From Obrimoposthia wandeli (lineage: Eukaryota), in NCBI GenBank assembly GCA_977020255.1, contig CDROCS010002266.1, forward strand, positions 1 through 64,000: DNA of 64,000 nt. The letters run 5' to 3'. Below are positions 37,704-48,969 of the stretch, piece by piece; position 1 is the first letter of the stretch; each line of letters begins with the position of its first letter. The notes below the pieces were generated by a model that was not told where the DNA came from, ran no database searches, and was given only the letters and a program-made list of their open reading frames with translations. A program made the position numbers and the translations under genes.

Positions 37704-40591
37704 TGTTAGGTTTAGGTTCTGAAATAAATTAAATAATTAATTGATTTTATAGGGAAATAGAAATCCTTGAAAGCAAAGTTAGAATTAAATAAATTTAATA
37801 TCAAAATTAAAATTGATGAGATTTAAAATTGTAATCAAATATTTAAGGACCACGAAGGTCGTGTGTGATGCGTAAGTATTTATAAAAGTTAATGTTAACC
37901 AAAAGGGCCCCAAAAAAGAAAAGATTAAACACAAAAACGAAGAGAAATCAATTAGAGGCAGCAATACAGAGAATTAGAAGCAACAATTTAGAAGAAGAGA
38001 GAATCAAACCCATTATCGCGAACATTATTGCTAACTGAATCCATTAGCGCCACTTAGCGCTAGACAAGTCATACCGTCGAAGAAACGTTGAGGACAAGCA
38101 AAATCGCGAACTGAATCCATTAGCGCCACTTAGCGCTAGACAAGTCATACCGTCGAAGAAACGTTGAGGACAAGCAAAACGCCAACCGGATCACAGACTG
38201 CTCCGGAGATAGAAAATAGTAAGTGCACTTAGCTAAGTGCCATTAATTGATTTTCCTTGAGAAGAATTTAGTAGAATCCTATAAAAGCAAGATTTGGACT
38301 TGCAGGCAACACAACGGAATCGCACAACTGAATCGAGACACAAATCGAAATCGACTGGGAATAAGGAGTCCAGATAGTAAAAGAAGATATCGTTAGCTCG
38401 TGAAAACAGGAATCGAAAAGGCAAAGCGGATCGACAGACAAGCAGGATCGACAGAGAAATTTCGGCTCTGGATTGCGCCCTGAGTTTACGTTCGGAATCG
38501 GCGTTTCTAAAGTCAACTACAAAGTAAATAATATTGGTGAGATAGAAATCTTAAAGTAAAGTTTTTATATCAATTTTCAAATCTTAAAGTGTGAATCATT
38601 ATATCAATTTTCAAATCGTAAAGTGTGAATCAAAGTAAAGAATATTGGTGAGATAGAAATCTTAAAGTAAAGTTTTTATATCAATTTTCAAATCTTAAAG
38701 TGTGAATCATTATATCAATTTTCAAATCGTAAAGTGTGAATCAAAGTAAAGAATATTGGTGAGATAGAAATCTTAAAAAGTAAAGTTTTTATATCAATTT
38801 TCAAATCTTAAAGTGTGAATCATTATATCAATTTTCAAATCGTAAAGTGTGAATCAAAGTAAAGAATATTGGTGAGATAGAAATCTTAAAGTAAAGTTCT
38901 TATATCAATTTTCAAATCTTAAAGTGTTAATTATTATATTAATTTTCAAATTGTAAAGTGTGAATCAAAGTAAAGAATATTGGTGAGATAGAAATCTTAA
39001 AGTAAAGTTTTTATATTAATTTTGAAATCTTAAAGTGTGAATCATTATATCAATTTTCAAATCGTAAAGTGTGAATCAAAGTAAAGAATATTGGTGAGAT
39101 AGAAATCTCAAAGTAAAGTTTTAATATCAATTTTCAAATCTTAAAGTGTGAATCATTATATCAATTTTCAAAATCGTAAAGTGTGAATCAAAGTAAAGAA
39201 TATTGGTGAGATAGAAATCTCAAAGTAAAGTTTTTATATCAATTTTCAAATCTTAAAGTGTGAATCATTATATCAATTTTCAAATCGTAAAGTGTGAATC
39301 AAAGTAAAGAATATTGGTGAGATAGAAATCTTAAAGTAAAGTTTTTATATCAATTTTCAAATCTTAAAGTGTGAATCATTATATCAATTTTCAAATCGTA
39401 AAGTGTGAATCAAAGTAAAGAATATTGGTGAGATAGAAATCTCAAAGTAAAGTTTTGATATCAATTTTCAGATCGTAAAGTGTGAATCAAAGTAAATTTT
39501 CGAATCTTAAAGTGTGAATCAAAGTAAAGTTTTGATATCAATTTTCAAATCGTAAAGTGTGAATCAAAGTAAAGTTTTTATATCAATTTTCAGATCGTAA
39601 AGTGTGAATCAAAGTAAAGTTTTTATATCAATTTTCGAATCTTAAAGTGTGAATCAAAGTAAAGTTTTGATATCAATTTTCAAATCGTAAAGTGTGAATC
39701 AAAGTAAAGTTTTTATATCAATTTTCGAATCTTAAAGTGTGAATCAAAGTAAAGTTTTGATATCAATTTTCAAATCGTAAAGTGTGAATCAAAGTAAAGT
39801 TTTTATATCAATTTTCGAATCTTAAAGTGTGAATCAAAGTAAAGTTTTGATATCAATTTTCAAATCTTAAAGTGTGAATCGAAGTAAAGTTTTGATATCA
39901 ATTTTCAAATATTAAAGTGTGAATCAAAGTAAAGTTTTGATATCAATTTTCAAATCTTAAAGTGTGAACCAAAGTAAAGTTTTTATATCAATTTTCAAAT
40001 CTTGAGGTGTGAATTGGAGTTTCTGTATTGTATCAAGAGTACAGAAGGTGTCCAGATTTAAAGTGAAGTTTCTATATCAAAATTAAAGAAAGTTTTTTAT
40101 TTTTAACTAGAGAGTTGATAATCTCATTTCGAACAAAGAACTAAGAATACATTAAAATAAGGGTATACTGCCCCAAAATTGTCTTTAAAATCTAGAGCAC
40201 CCGCTCTCTAAAATCAATCCCTATCTTTAGAGTAAAGACTCTAGTGAAGAAAAAGCATAACCTTAAAATCGATACGTGGTTCATCCCCACTTGTGTAGAG
40301 ACTTACAGAAGTCTTAGGAATTACTGTAACTTTTTAGAAATACGTACGTAAACGTATTGTTTTTTTTTAGTCTAGTGTTAACAATAACCGATTTCCTACA
40401 TTAGAAAGCATTGTTCTAAACCCTTCAGATTAAGAGACATCGGAAAACAAACACCTTCAGATAAGCATTGAGACAGGCAACTATAACATTAAGTAGGCCA
40501 CAACCATCCTTAAGACCTGCTTCTATAAGAACTCACGTTGGGGCCCTCCACATTCAAGAGGATCTATAAGTTTCATATAGAAACCCCAACA
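37704..40591 (+). mobile_element. Solo LTR-like element, copy 2 (2888 bp), with AATT target-site duplication
   Basis: TGTTAGG...CCCCAACA is flanked by AATT (37700-37703 and 40592-40595). The uninterrupted site is visible in element A at about 11581-11595. Confidence 0.88.
38521..40005. repeat. Compound tandem array: ~111-bp unit x9, then ~45-bp unit x11
   Basis: TGGTGAGATAGAAATC recurs at 38535, 38646, 38757, 38870 and onward. After about 39480 only the AAAGTAAAGTTTT(T/G)ATATCAATTTTC..ATC.TAAAGTGTGAATC subunit repeats. Confidence 0.95.
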
Positions 40592-40789
40592 AATTGTTAA
40601 ACTGAATTTTTTTTTTAAACTTATTTTGTATAATTGAATCTACTTTTATTTGTGAGTAGAAAAGGTTTTTGTAATCTTAAGGTATTTATTACACATAACT
40701 TGCAAAAGTACATTTTTAAACCTATGAGTTAATTAAAACAAGTAAATAGAGATAAAGAGAGATAGTAAAAAATAATTTTTATTAAAGAT

Positions 40790-41470
40790 ACGTACATTGT
40801 TATAATACACCATCATCTCTTCACAATATCATAATCTTCATTATCACAATCCTTCTTTTCATCAATGCAATCCTTCAGCTCCATGTTGTCTTCGTCATAA
40901 TCCAGCATCTAATCTTCATTTCATCAATCCTTCATCGCAATCACCCATCTTGTCTTCATATTAATCAGGCATCTAATCTGCATTATTACAATCCTCCATC
41001 GTCTTCAACATCCTCATCTAAAAATAATTATTAACAAAATAATTGGTACAAACTTACCAGGAATCTGAAATCAATTTATTATTTCGTCTTACCATCTTCA
41101 TCTCATCAATGTAATCCCTCATTGCAATCACTCATCTTATCTTCATCCTTCATTATCACAATCTCTAATCCTTCATATCAGCATCCTTCATTATTGCAAT
41201 CTCTCGTCATTCATCATCATTATCGCAATCATTCATCCTTCATCTCATCATCTTCATTATCGCAATTCACCATCCTTCATCTCATCATCTTCATTATCCC
41301 AATCCGTCATCTTTCATCTTATCTTCATCTCATCATTGCAATCCTTTATTATAATCCCTCATATTGTCTTCATCACAATCCAGCATATAATCTTCATCTT
41401 CTTTATCATCCTCATCTAAAAATAATTATTCACAAGATAATTAATAAAAACTTACCTGCAATCTGAAATC
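40790..41470 (-). pseudogene. Acidic D/E-rich gene with two 40-nt introns (copy B)
   Basis: Intact minus-strand GTAAGT...TTTTTAG introns at 41018-41057 and 41416-41455, each followed by G|AT GAG GAT acidic exon sequence. Confidence 0.6.
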
Positions 41471-44263
41471 AATTCATTATTAATAAAATTAATCGCCATA
41501 TTGAATTTTCAAATTTATTTTTGATTATTTTCAAAATTAATTATTTAAAACAAAATCAATTATTTTTAAAATTAATTATATATTTTTAGTAGTTACTTAA
41601 ATTACTAATAATATAATTGGAATATTTATTAAATTATAATAGTCAATACATTTTATTAGTTACTTAAATTACTTATATAAATAATATAATTTTAAAATAT
41701 ACAGAGAAATATATATATTATGTATTGATTCATATATGTTCAGAGAGGGAAATTAACAAGGTGTTTATAGAAGAGAATTCCCTGAGATGGATTATTTATT
41801 GATATTAAGATGGTTTAGAGAAAATATTAATGATTATTACGAAAGTTTAAGAGGAAATTAATAAGTATGTATGATGTTTATCATATTAGATGATTTAGAA
41901 TAAGGAAATGTATAGAGAAGGAATAAATATAATGTATATGGGATTTGTAATATTAGATTGTTTGGAAGACAAATTAACTAGATGTCCATACCATTTATGA
42001 TATTTAAAGGATTCTAAAGAATAAGCATAAGACCATCTTAGAAGAAATTTACGAGGTGTTCAGGAAACTTATTATAATTCAAAGATTTAACAGGGTGTTG
42101 GTTTCAGAAGATAAATTAGAGGAGTTTAGAAGCAAATTCAAGCCTAAATATTAATAACTTAGAAGGACTTTAGAAGGACTTTAGAAGGGAAATATAGAAG
42201 AATTTGAAATATCATTTTCACATACTTGATAATTTATTTATAGTATAAATCTGAAATTTATCCAAGACCGATGAAGTATCAGTATATCTAAATATTCTGT
42301 ATTTATTTGATATTTTTTATATAAATGCATTCCCACTGAAGCCAATAAGTTATATCTAATGTCTGCTAAATAACGAGTCTCTGAAATTGATGAGTTAGAA
42401 ATTATTATGAATTATAGGAAAATGGCTAAACCGGTGCTAAAGTTATTTATTGATAGGCTTATATTTTGGCAAGTATTTGATCGATTCTTTAGTAATATCA
42501 GAAATTTTCCCATCAATATATGATAGGTTTATATCGATATTTGATTGAAAGTTGTAATATTTGGATGCTTCTAGAGGATAAATAAATGATATATTCAGGA
42601 AATTAATTACATTTAGCTCGTTCCAGAGGAGACAATATGGTCAGGGAATTTACGATATTTAGGATGTTCTAAAGGTTAAATTAATGACATGTCTATGAAA
42701 TCTATGATATTTAGGACGTTCTAAAGGAGACATTATGTGATATTTAGTAATATTTATGAGCATTGATTGGAATTCTTCAATTGATTAAAGAAATTTAAAG
42801 ATAAGCATTCATTGATGGAGTGTGTATTTGATTTAGTTTAGTAGTCTTAATGAAATTTAGTCCATATGATGATATTAGCGACTGTTCTCCAATCAATAAC
42901 TTTTAGCAAAATGTAATAAATATGGTGGATAAAGTATGAGTCTCTTTTGAGTTAGATGATCAGGTTAGGGTGTAAAAGGAAAACATGGGAAATGTTATAA
43001 GAATGAATCTAATAATCAATAAATCGAGATATATCTATCCATATCTTCTAACATCTCTATCATGAATCTTCTTTCAAAAACTTTCATCCCTAACTTTCAG
43101 AGAAATTACCAAATATCATAAATTCATATATTTCCATACATATTGATTATTGAAAAACTGAAATTATCAATATTATCAACATCTAATCTCACTATCATCA
43201 ACCATCATAAATTGGCTGATAATAGGAATAATGATTTTTCTAATGTGTCATTGAGATTTAGAGTATAAAATGGGCTAATATAGTTAACTATGGAGATGTT
43301 TTGAAAGTTAAATTGATTATCATACAAGCTCGCATACAAAGAATCTTATACCAAAATTATCGATAATACATATATTTCATCTATATCACAACACATGTTG
43401 TAAATCCTAATAAAACCTTAACAATAATTCATCATAAGTCTTATATTGATTAATCTATTCTATCAAGTAGCTAGTGATTATTGAATCTAGGGGTTAGGGT
43501 TAATATTTCTAAAGATAGCATAGTTTCTCACAATTTTATTAAGATATTACTATTTATTATAACGTTTCATAAATCATCTAATTCAATAAATATCAATATT
43601 CCCATCAATATAGCCTTAACTTTCGAACTTCTTATAAAATATTAATAAATATAAAGGAGAAAATACGTACCTTTATTTGTTAATTCCATAGAGTCCAAAC
43701 AGGAGTCACTTATCCACAGGGTCCGATCTTGTATATTACATTGTATTCCAGTTGGACAGACATTGATCCATTGATATTCCGGAAAATGACATCATATTAT
43801 TGGATTTTGCTTCTTGTAGGTGATAAAATTGATTTTGGCAAGTATTTGATCGATTCTTTAGTAATATCAGAAATTTTCCCGTCAATATATGAAATTGAAA
43901 GGCTTCTTGAGAAAATGTTTATACATGAAAAGTACGGCGACGTTGCTATAAATCAGCTTGCATGTTTATTTAAATATATCTTTGTTTATATTAAACTGAG
44001 ACTCACATTAATCAATAAGAATAGATGATACAATGTTACTAAAAATATATTATTTTTATAGGGTTGAGAAGAGGGAAATCTCATGGTGGTTAAGATGTTT
44101 GAGAAGTATAGAGTTGGGCTTAAAGCAGAGAGACATCTCGTGGTGGTTAAGATGTTTAAGAAGAGAAAAATAGAGAAATTAATGATATTTTCAGGAAATT
44201 ATGATATTCAAGAGGATAGTACATAAATTAGTAAGATAAAACATCAATATTTATTAATAATTT

Positions 44264-44690
44264 CTATAATATTATACATCCTTCGGTAATATTCCATATA
44301 GGTTTTAAACTTCCATCATATTTGGTCATAAATTCTTGAATCATGAGGAATAGGGTCCATTTTCCATTTTTCATATCCTTTTCATAATTCCAATAATTTG
44401 CAAAAAATACGTTCATCAGCTCTAACCAAATTAGAATTTCTATGGATTTTATATCCAATATCCAATTGTTGCATGAGTTCATTCAATTGTATAACATATT
44501 CTTCATGGATATATCTGATGACATAATCAAACTTGATTTTCTTTACATTGACATGATTGGAGAAGTGGAATGTTATAGGATTTTTGAGTAAATACATATC
44601 CCATCCGAATTTATTATAAGGATCTTGAAAGTTTGGTTTCTTCAATTTGATGACATCATTGGAGATATCTAATTGTTGAATAAAATCCAT
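44264..44690 (-). pseudogene. Unknown ORF with two in-frame TGA codons
   Basis: The frame from MDFIQQLDIS continues past TGA at 44382 through KGYEKWKMDP...YYRRMYNY. No family recognised. Confidence 0.35.
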
Positions 44691-44952
44691 AGATTGTTTC
44701 TTGCTTCTTCAATGCAATGGAATTGCTCCTCTTCTCTGATATTGCTGTCTTTTTCTCGATGTTTGTCAACATTGTGATCAGAAATAATGTCTGAATTGTT
44801 TATATTCTATCTAACCTCATCTGATTGGTTGATGATTTGTTTGGTTGTATTCATGAATGTATGTTATTATTACTCATTTTGTTTATATCTCGCGAGAGAT
44901 CTATATAAAGATATATGAATAAGACATAATGAAACTCTCAAAATATAAAGCA

Positions 44953-45033
44953 CCCTAACCCTAACCCCGCCATAGCCCTAACCCTAACCATAACCCTAAC
45001 CCTAACCCTAAGCCATACCTCTAACCCTAGCCC
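44953..45033 (-). repeat. Telomere-variant (CCCTAA)n array
   Basis: CCCTAA units interrupted by GCCATA, the same interruption seen in the reverse complement of 16160-16365. Directly followed by the subterminal block. Confidence 0.93.
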
Positions 45034-45163
45034 TCATTCCAAGGTCATTCCAATATTTTGTTTAAATCTGTCATTTTTGTTTAAATGCATCAATATTTGT
45101 GCGCGCTAAATTCAAATTTTCAAGGTCAAAATTTCAAAAATTATTTTTGCCAGATTTTCAAAA

Positions 45164-45688
45164 TTATTGTTTAGCAGCATCATGAAATGAATCAACTAGA
45201 AAGTTCTTTTTTGGGGGAAATGCCTGTTTGGCCACGAAATCTACAACTGTTTGATCTCTAGGATTTTTAAATAAAACTAAGTAATGTACATTAAGATTTC
45301 TTGTTCTATGGTGACCTCCTTGGTGAAAAAGGTTTTGAGTGATAAATATAAATGTTACTTCACGATGTCTTGCAATCATTGTAAATAAATTATTAAAGTC
45401 CGATTCCTTGTTAGCTTCATGATACAAATCATCAATTATTATTACATCTTCTTTTTTCAATCTTCCACACCAATTTGCATCAAATCCTTCAATAAATTTT
45501 ATTCCCTTCAACTTGTAAACTTCTGTTTTGGTTAATCCGCTTTCCCCTCCTCCACCATGATACCAATAAATATTTTTGAAACTAGATTTGAAAAGAGATT
45601 CATTTTGCAACAATTTACATACGAAATGTGTCTTTCCACTTCTACTGGGACTAACTATTTGAAATACAGCATTATTATTTAGCTCCAT
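45164..45688 (-). pseudogene. Polinton FtsK/A32-like DNA packaging ATPase, 3' truncated
   Basis: Walker A VSPSRSGKT (degenerate), Walker B IIIDDL, and LFTMIARHR, ITQNLF and LVLFKNPRD. The frame stops at the junction with the subterminal block. Confidence 0.9.
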
Positions 45689-46026
45689 TACATATACTCT
45701 TTCATTTTAATATTGTTTATATTATCATTGAAGTTTCCTTATTGAAATGTACAATGTCAGAGCTATTGTAGATGAAATACAAAAATTAATTAATGAATAT
45801 TTGGCTATAATTTTATTTATTTGTGTTCGATTTCTAAATTCTCGAATAACGTGTGATCTAACCAATATTTCAATGTTATCTCTTGTTATATCATTATTTT
45901 TTAATTCTGATAAAATTTGTTTACCCTTAATTTTTCCAGAAAATATTTCGACGACAATAACGATCCACTTCATTGTCTGTATTTATAGTATTATTAATTT
46001 GAAATAATAGGTTTAAAGGGGTTTGT

Positions 46027-46593
46027 TCATAGAATAGATAACAAGATGTAATAAGATATATTATCTAAAATCGAATCAACAATGTCTGGATAATCAAAAT
46101 TTTTCAATCCCAATATCATAACTTTACCACTGGAAAATATATTTACACATAGCGGTTTAAACTTCAAATAACTGAGAACAGGAAAAATTTCTGGTTCAAA
46201 CATGCATTCTTCTTTCATTTTCTCTGCAGTTTTAAAAAGATTTACTTGTTTCTCGAGATTAGCTGAAATTGTGAATGATTGTATTGCGCTGATTCGTATT
46301 CAAAATGGTAATTCGAACTCAAGCAAAGGTATTTTACATCCCATAACACGACAACTTCCTAAAAGAATTCAATATGAAAATAAAATAAAAAAGTAACCTG
46401 AACGAAAAATAACAACTGTGAAATTGTCAAATCTTTTCACATATTGTCTCGGCTTCCATTCATTGAATGGTAAGTACAAAACACCATCTTCTATTCTACC
46501 TTTATAATTTATATTTACGAATTTCATTAGACTAAAATTGTATTCTATAAATTCTTCTTTATATATGTCTGAACCTGCTTTTTTATTGCACAT
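46027..46593 (-). pseudogene. Divergent TATA-binding-protein-like gene with a 39-nt intron and one nonsense codon
   Basis: Repeat 1 reads TVVIFRSG|SCRVMGCK after removing GT-AG intron 46359-46397. Repeat 2 reads MFEPEIFPVLSY...VNIFSSGKVMILGLK, compared with TBP YEPELFPGLIY...LLIFVSGKVVLTGAK. One TGA lies in PF*IRI. Confidence 0.75.
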
Positions 46594-46776
46594 TTCTTGT
46601 AATTATCTTGCAAACCTATTATAATTGGATGATATATTTCTTCCAATCAATTTTGATTTTTAATATAGATTTAGTCCAATTAAATTCTATGCTTTAGTTA
46701 TGTTAACCAATGAGATTCATGTCTTTGTTAGAAATTAGTATAAAAGAATGCGCCATTGGAGGACAAATCACAGTAA

Positions 46777-47163
46777 ATGCATTCATATCAAAGACAATTA
46801 TCAACGATGGACGATAGCCAACGGTTATTAAGCGGTGACGAAGATTTAGAAATGTTTGAAGAATCGGATAAGGATATGTATGAAGAAGTGAAACAATATT
46901 TCAAATACAAAGTCAGATCTTTGAAGAAGGCTCAACTGATTGCTTTAGTAAATCCTGTGACAATTGAAATAAGAAAGTTCAGCTATTATCTATCAAATAT
47001 TCAAAATCCAGATTTTCAATATCTTAAACAGAAAGTTGAAAAGGCAGTTCCAAATTTTACTTTCAATAAGAACGAATTTTATATCTGTGAAGCCGATGCA
47101 GCATATCTAGATGATTATGGAAGAGAAACAGAAGTTGATGCGTTTCCGAAAAAGAAGCAATGA
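46777..47163 (+). CDS. Hypothetical 128-aa protein, divergent from the TBP-like gene
   Basis: Intact ATG-to-stop ORF with TATAAAAG at about 46740. No family recognised. Confidence 0.5.
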   Translation: MHSYQRQLSTMDDSQRLLSGDEDLEMFEESDKDMYEEVKQYFKYKVRSLKKAQLIALVNPVTIEIRKFSYYLSNIQNPDFQYLKQKVEKAVPNFTFNKNEFYICEADAAYLDDYGRETEVDAFPKKKQ

Positions 47164-47423
47164 CTGTAACAATTCGACTTTATGGTTACAATAAGGATGA
47201 AATTAGAACAAGATTAACTATGTGGAAAATTGATCGTACTCATATTCATATGTTTTAACTTTTTTCTTTCATTTTGCATGTAATAAATTGTAATCGGTTT
47301 TATTCATTTTTACTTTGTTTCTTTTATTAGGCAATTAATAATCAGTTTTATTTTTCATAATATTTGTATCTTATATGTATTTTTTTATAAACATTGTTTT
47401 TTAATCAGTTTCCTTATTTTATA

Positions 47424-47705
47424 ATGGATCCTCTTCTCATCGAAATTTTAACAACATCTGATATTGATCAATTGAAAAATATTTTGGGATTTTACATTAC
47501 TGATTATTTATATGAAGGAAATTATTTCCAGCTTGAAACTGATCCCAGTCTGGCTTTTAGAGATGATCTAGGATATTTGATTGCTCCAATTTTTGATGAA
47601 GAACTATGGAATATCTCAATACGTCTCAATGGATATTTTACTGATGATGGGAAAATGCAGCCTCTTTGGACTTTGAGTGAAGCCAATATGGTGTTTTATG
47701 TTTGA
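47424..47705 (+). CDS. Hypothetical acidic 93-aa protein
   Basis: ATG at 47424 (MDPLLIEIL...), followed by AATAAA just after the stop. Confidence 0.45.
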   Translation: MDPLLIEILTTSDIDQLKNILGFYITDYLYEGNYFQLETDPSLAFRDDLGYLIAPIFDEELWNISIRLNGYFTDDGKMQPLWTLSEANMVFYV

Positions 47706-48019
47706 TTTAATAAATGTTTAGAAATTAATTTTGACTCGTATTTTGTTTTTCTTCTCTAAATTATATAGATCTGACCTATTTTTTCTACTATAAATCTGAC
47801 CTAGATATTTATAAAACCATGTATTAATTTATTAATCTAAAATCTTTCTTAAAAATAGTAGTAATATATTAACATGAACATATTATTTGAAATCTCGTCT
47901 GTGATAAGCCGCCAGGGCCAATATGGATTCCCGTGGTCTTCTCTAATCACCTTTGAAATTAGTGGTAAATTTCAAAGTAAAATAAAAAATTAAGGGGGGA
48001 ACATCCCTTTCTTCGGGTG

Positions 48020-48155
48020 GAATCGACACACACATGCACGAAATTTCACTCCACACACATACACGAAATTTCACTCCACACACATGCACGGTTTTAAAGG
48101 ACAGTGGTAGCCCCCCGGGGGAGGGGATGGATTAGACCGGACACATCCACCTACT
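48020..48155 (+). mobile_element. Probable Polinton-type right terminus of element C (about 44953-48155)
   Basis: Subterminal ~25-bp repeats (CACGAAATTTCACTCCACACACAT), a G-run, and an end at CCACCTACT, loosely resembling the terminus at 9250-9294. Confidence 0.4.
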
Positions 48156-48969
48156 CACGCAACAACCAACCGGTTAGACGTACTAGATAGAATCTCTCGT
48201 CAAGAACATTCCCTTGTTGGAGATCCACATCCGGCCACAGTAAGTACATCAAGGTAGATTTTTTTATTTATCAATATTGATTTATCGACGATACACAGAG
48301 TTATTAAAATGGGCTAAGGAAGAATATGAGGAACAGAGAAAAAAGAGAATCGCACGCTAGGAGAAAATAACGCATCACCTCAGCATCTTGTTTTACAACA
48401 TTTCTGTCGTTGATAATGTATTGCTATTCAAACGAAGCATCTTGTTCATCGCACAAAGAAGTTGCAAGACACTGCAGACGAGCAGTAAAGCGAGAAGACG
48501 CGAGGACGCATCAACAACAGAATCAAACAAGCTAAAGAAATACAGAGTTACACTAATTGGAATTATCGCGTAGAAATTGCATTCGCGAAGAAGTTGTTTT
48601 AAACAAGAAGAACCAAGAACACAACAGGATTGAAGAAGGTGAGAGCTACAGAGACGGAATTGCGCTACAAGGATATTACTTTGAAAACGAGTTGGTAGAA
48701 CAGTTTGAAATAAAATTTTGAATCATATTGATTTAAGTAATTCATAGTTTGAAAGAAAATTGTGAAAAATAATTGATTTAATTAATTCATAATTGTTTTA
48801 AGCGATCATATTAAACGTATAAAGTGTCACCCTACGTCGTGAAGTGTAGTACATATTTTGTTGCGGATATATTCCAGTTTTAGCTAGGATTCTTAGAAAA
48901 AACAATTAAACACCAAGAGTTCGATTTTTGGATAAACCACTCCTCGACTAGCATACAGAGTAACTAACA

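Larger units (their letters stand above)
37357..43210. mobile_element. Element B: deleted paralogue of element A, interrupted by a solo LTR
   Basis: Starts AGTAGGGAGATATGATGACTTCGAC, followed by the subterminal block. Blocks at 40592-43210 are collinear with 11587-15905. Confidence 0.65.

Noticed and set aside
41122-41466. Plus-strand Ile/His/Ser-rich ORFs (also 9873-10058)
   Set aside because: Antisense reading of GAT/GAA-rich low-complexity sequence; the splice signals are on the minus strand.
16160-45033. Ancient chromosome-fusion site or real chromosome end for the telomeric arrays
   Set aside because: The arrays are short, 28 kb apart, not directly head-to-head, and each is attached to the same mobile-element subterminal block.
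44264-46593. Alternative genetic code (TGA read-through) in element genes
   Set aside because: Only three in-frame TGA codons were seen, in decayed sequence where TGG/CGA to TGA changes are common, and neighbouring ORFs use TGA as a normal stop.
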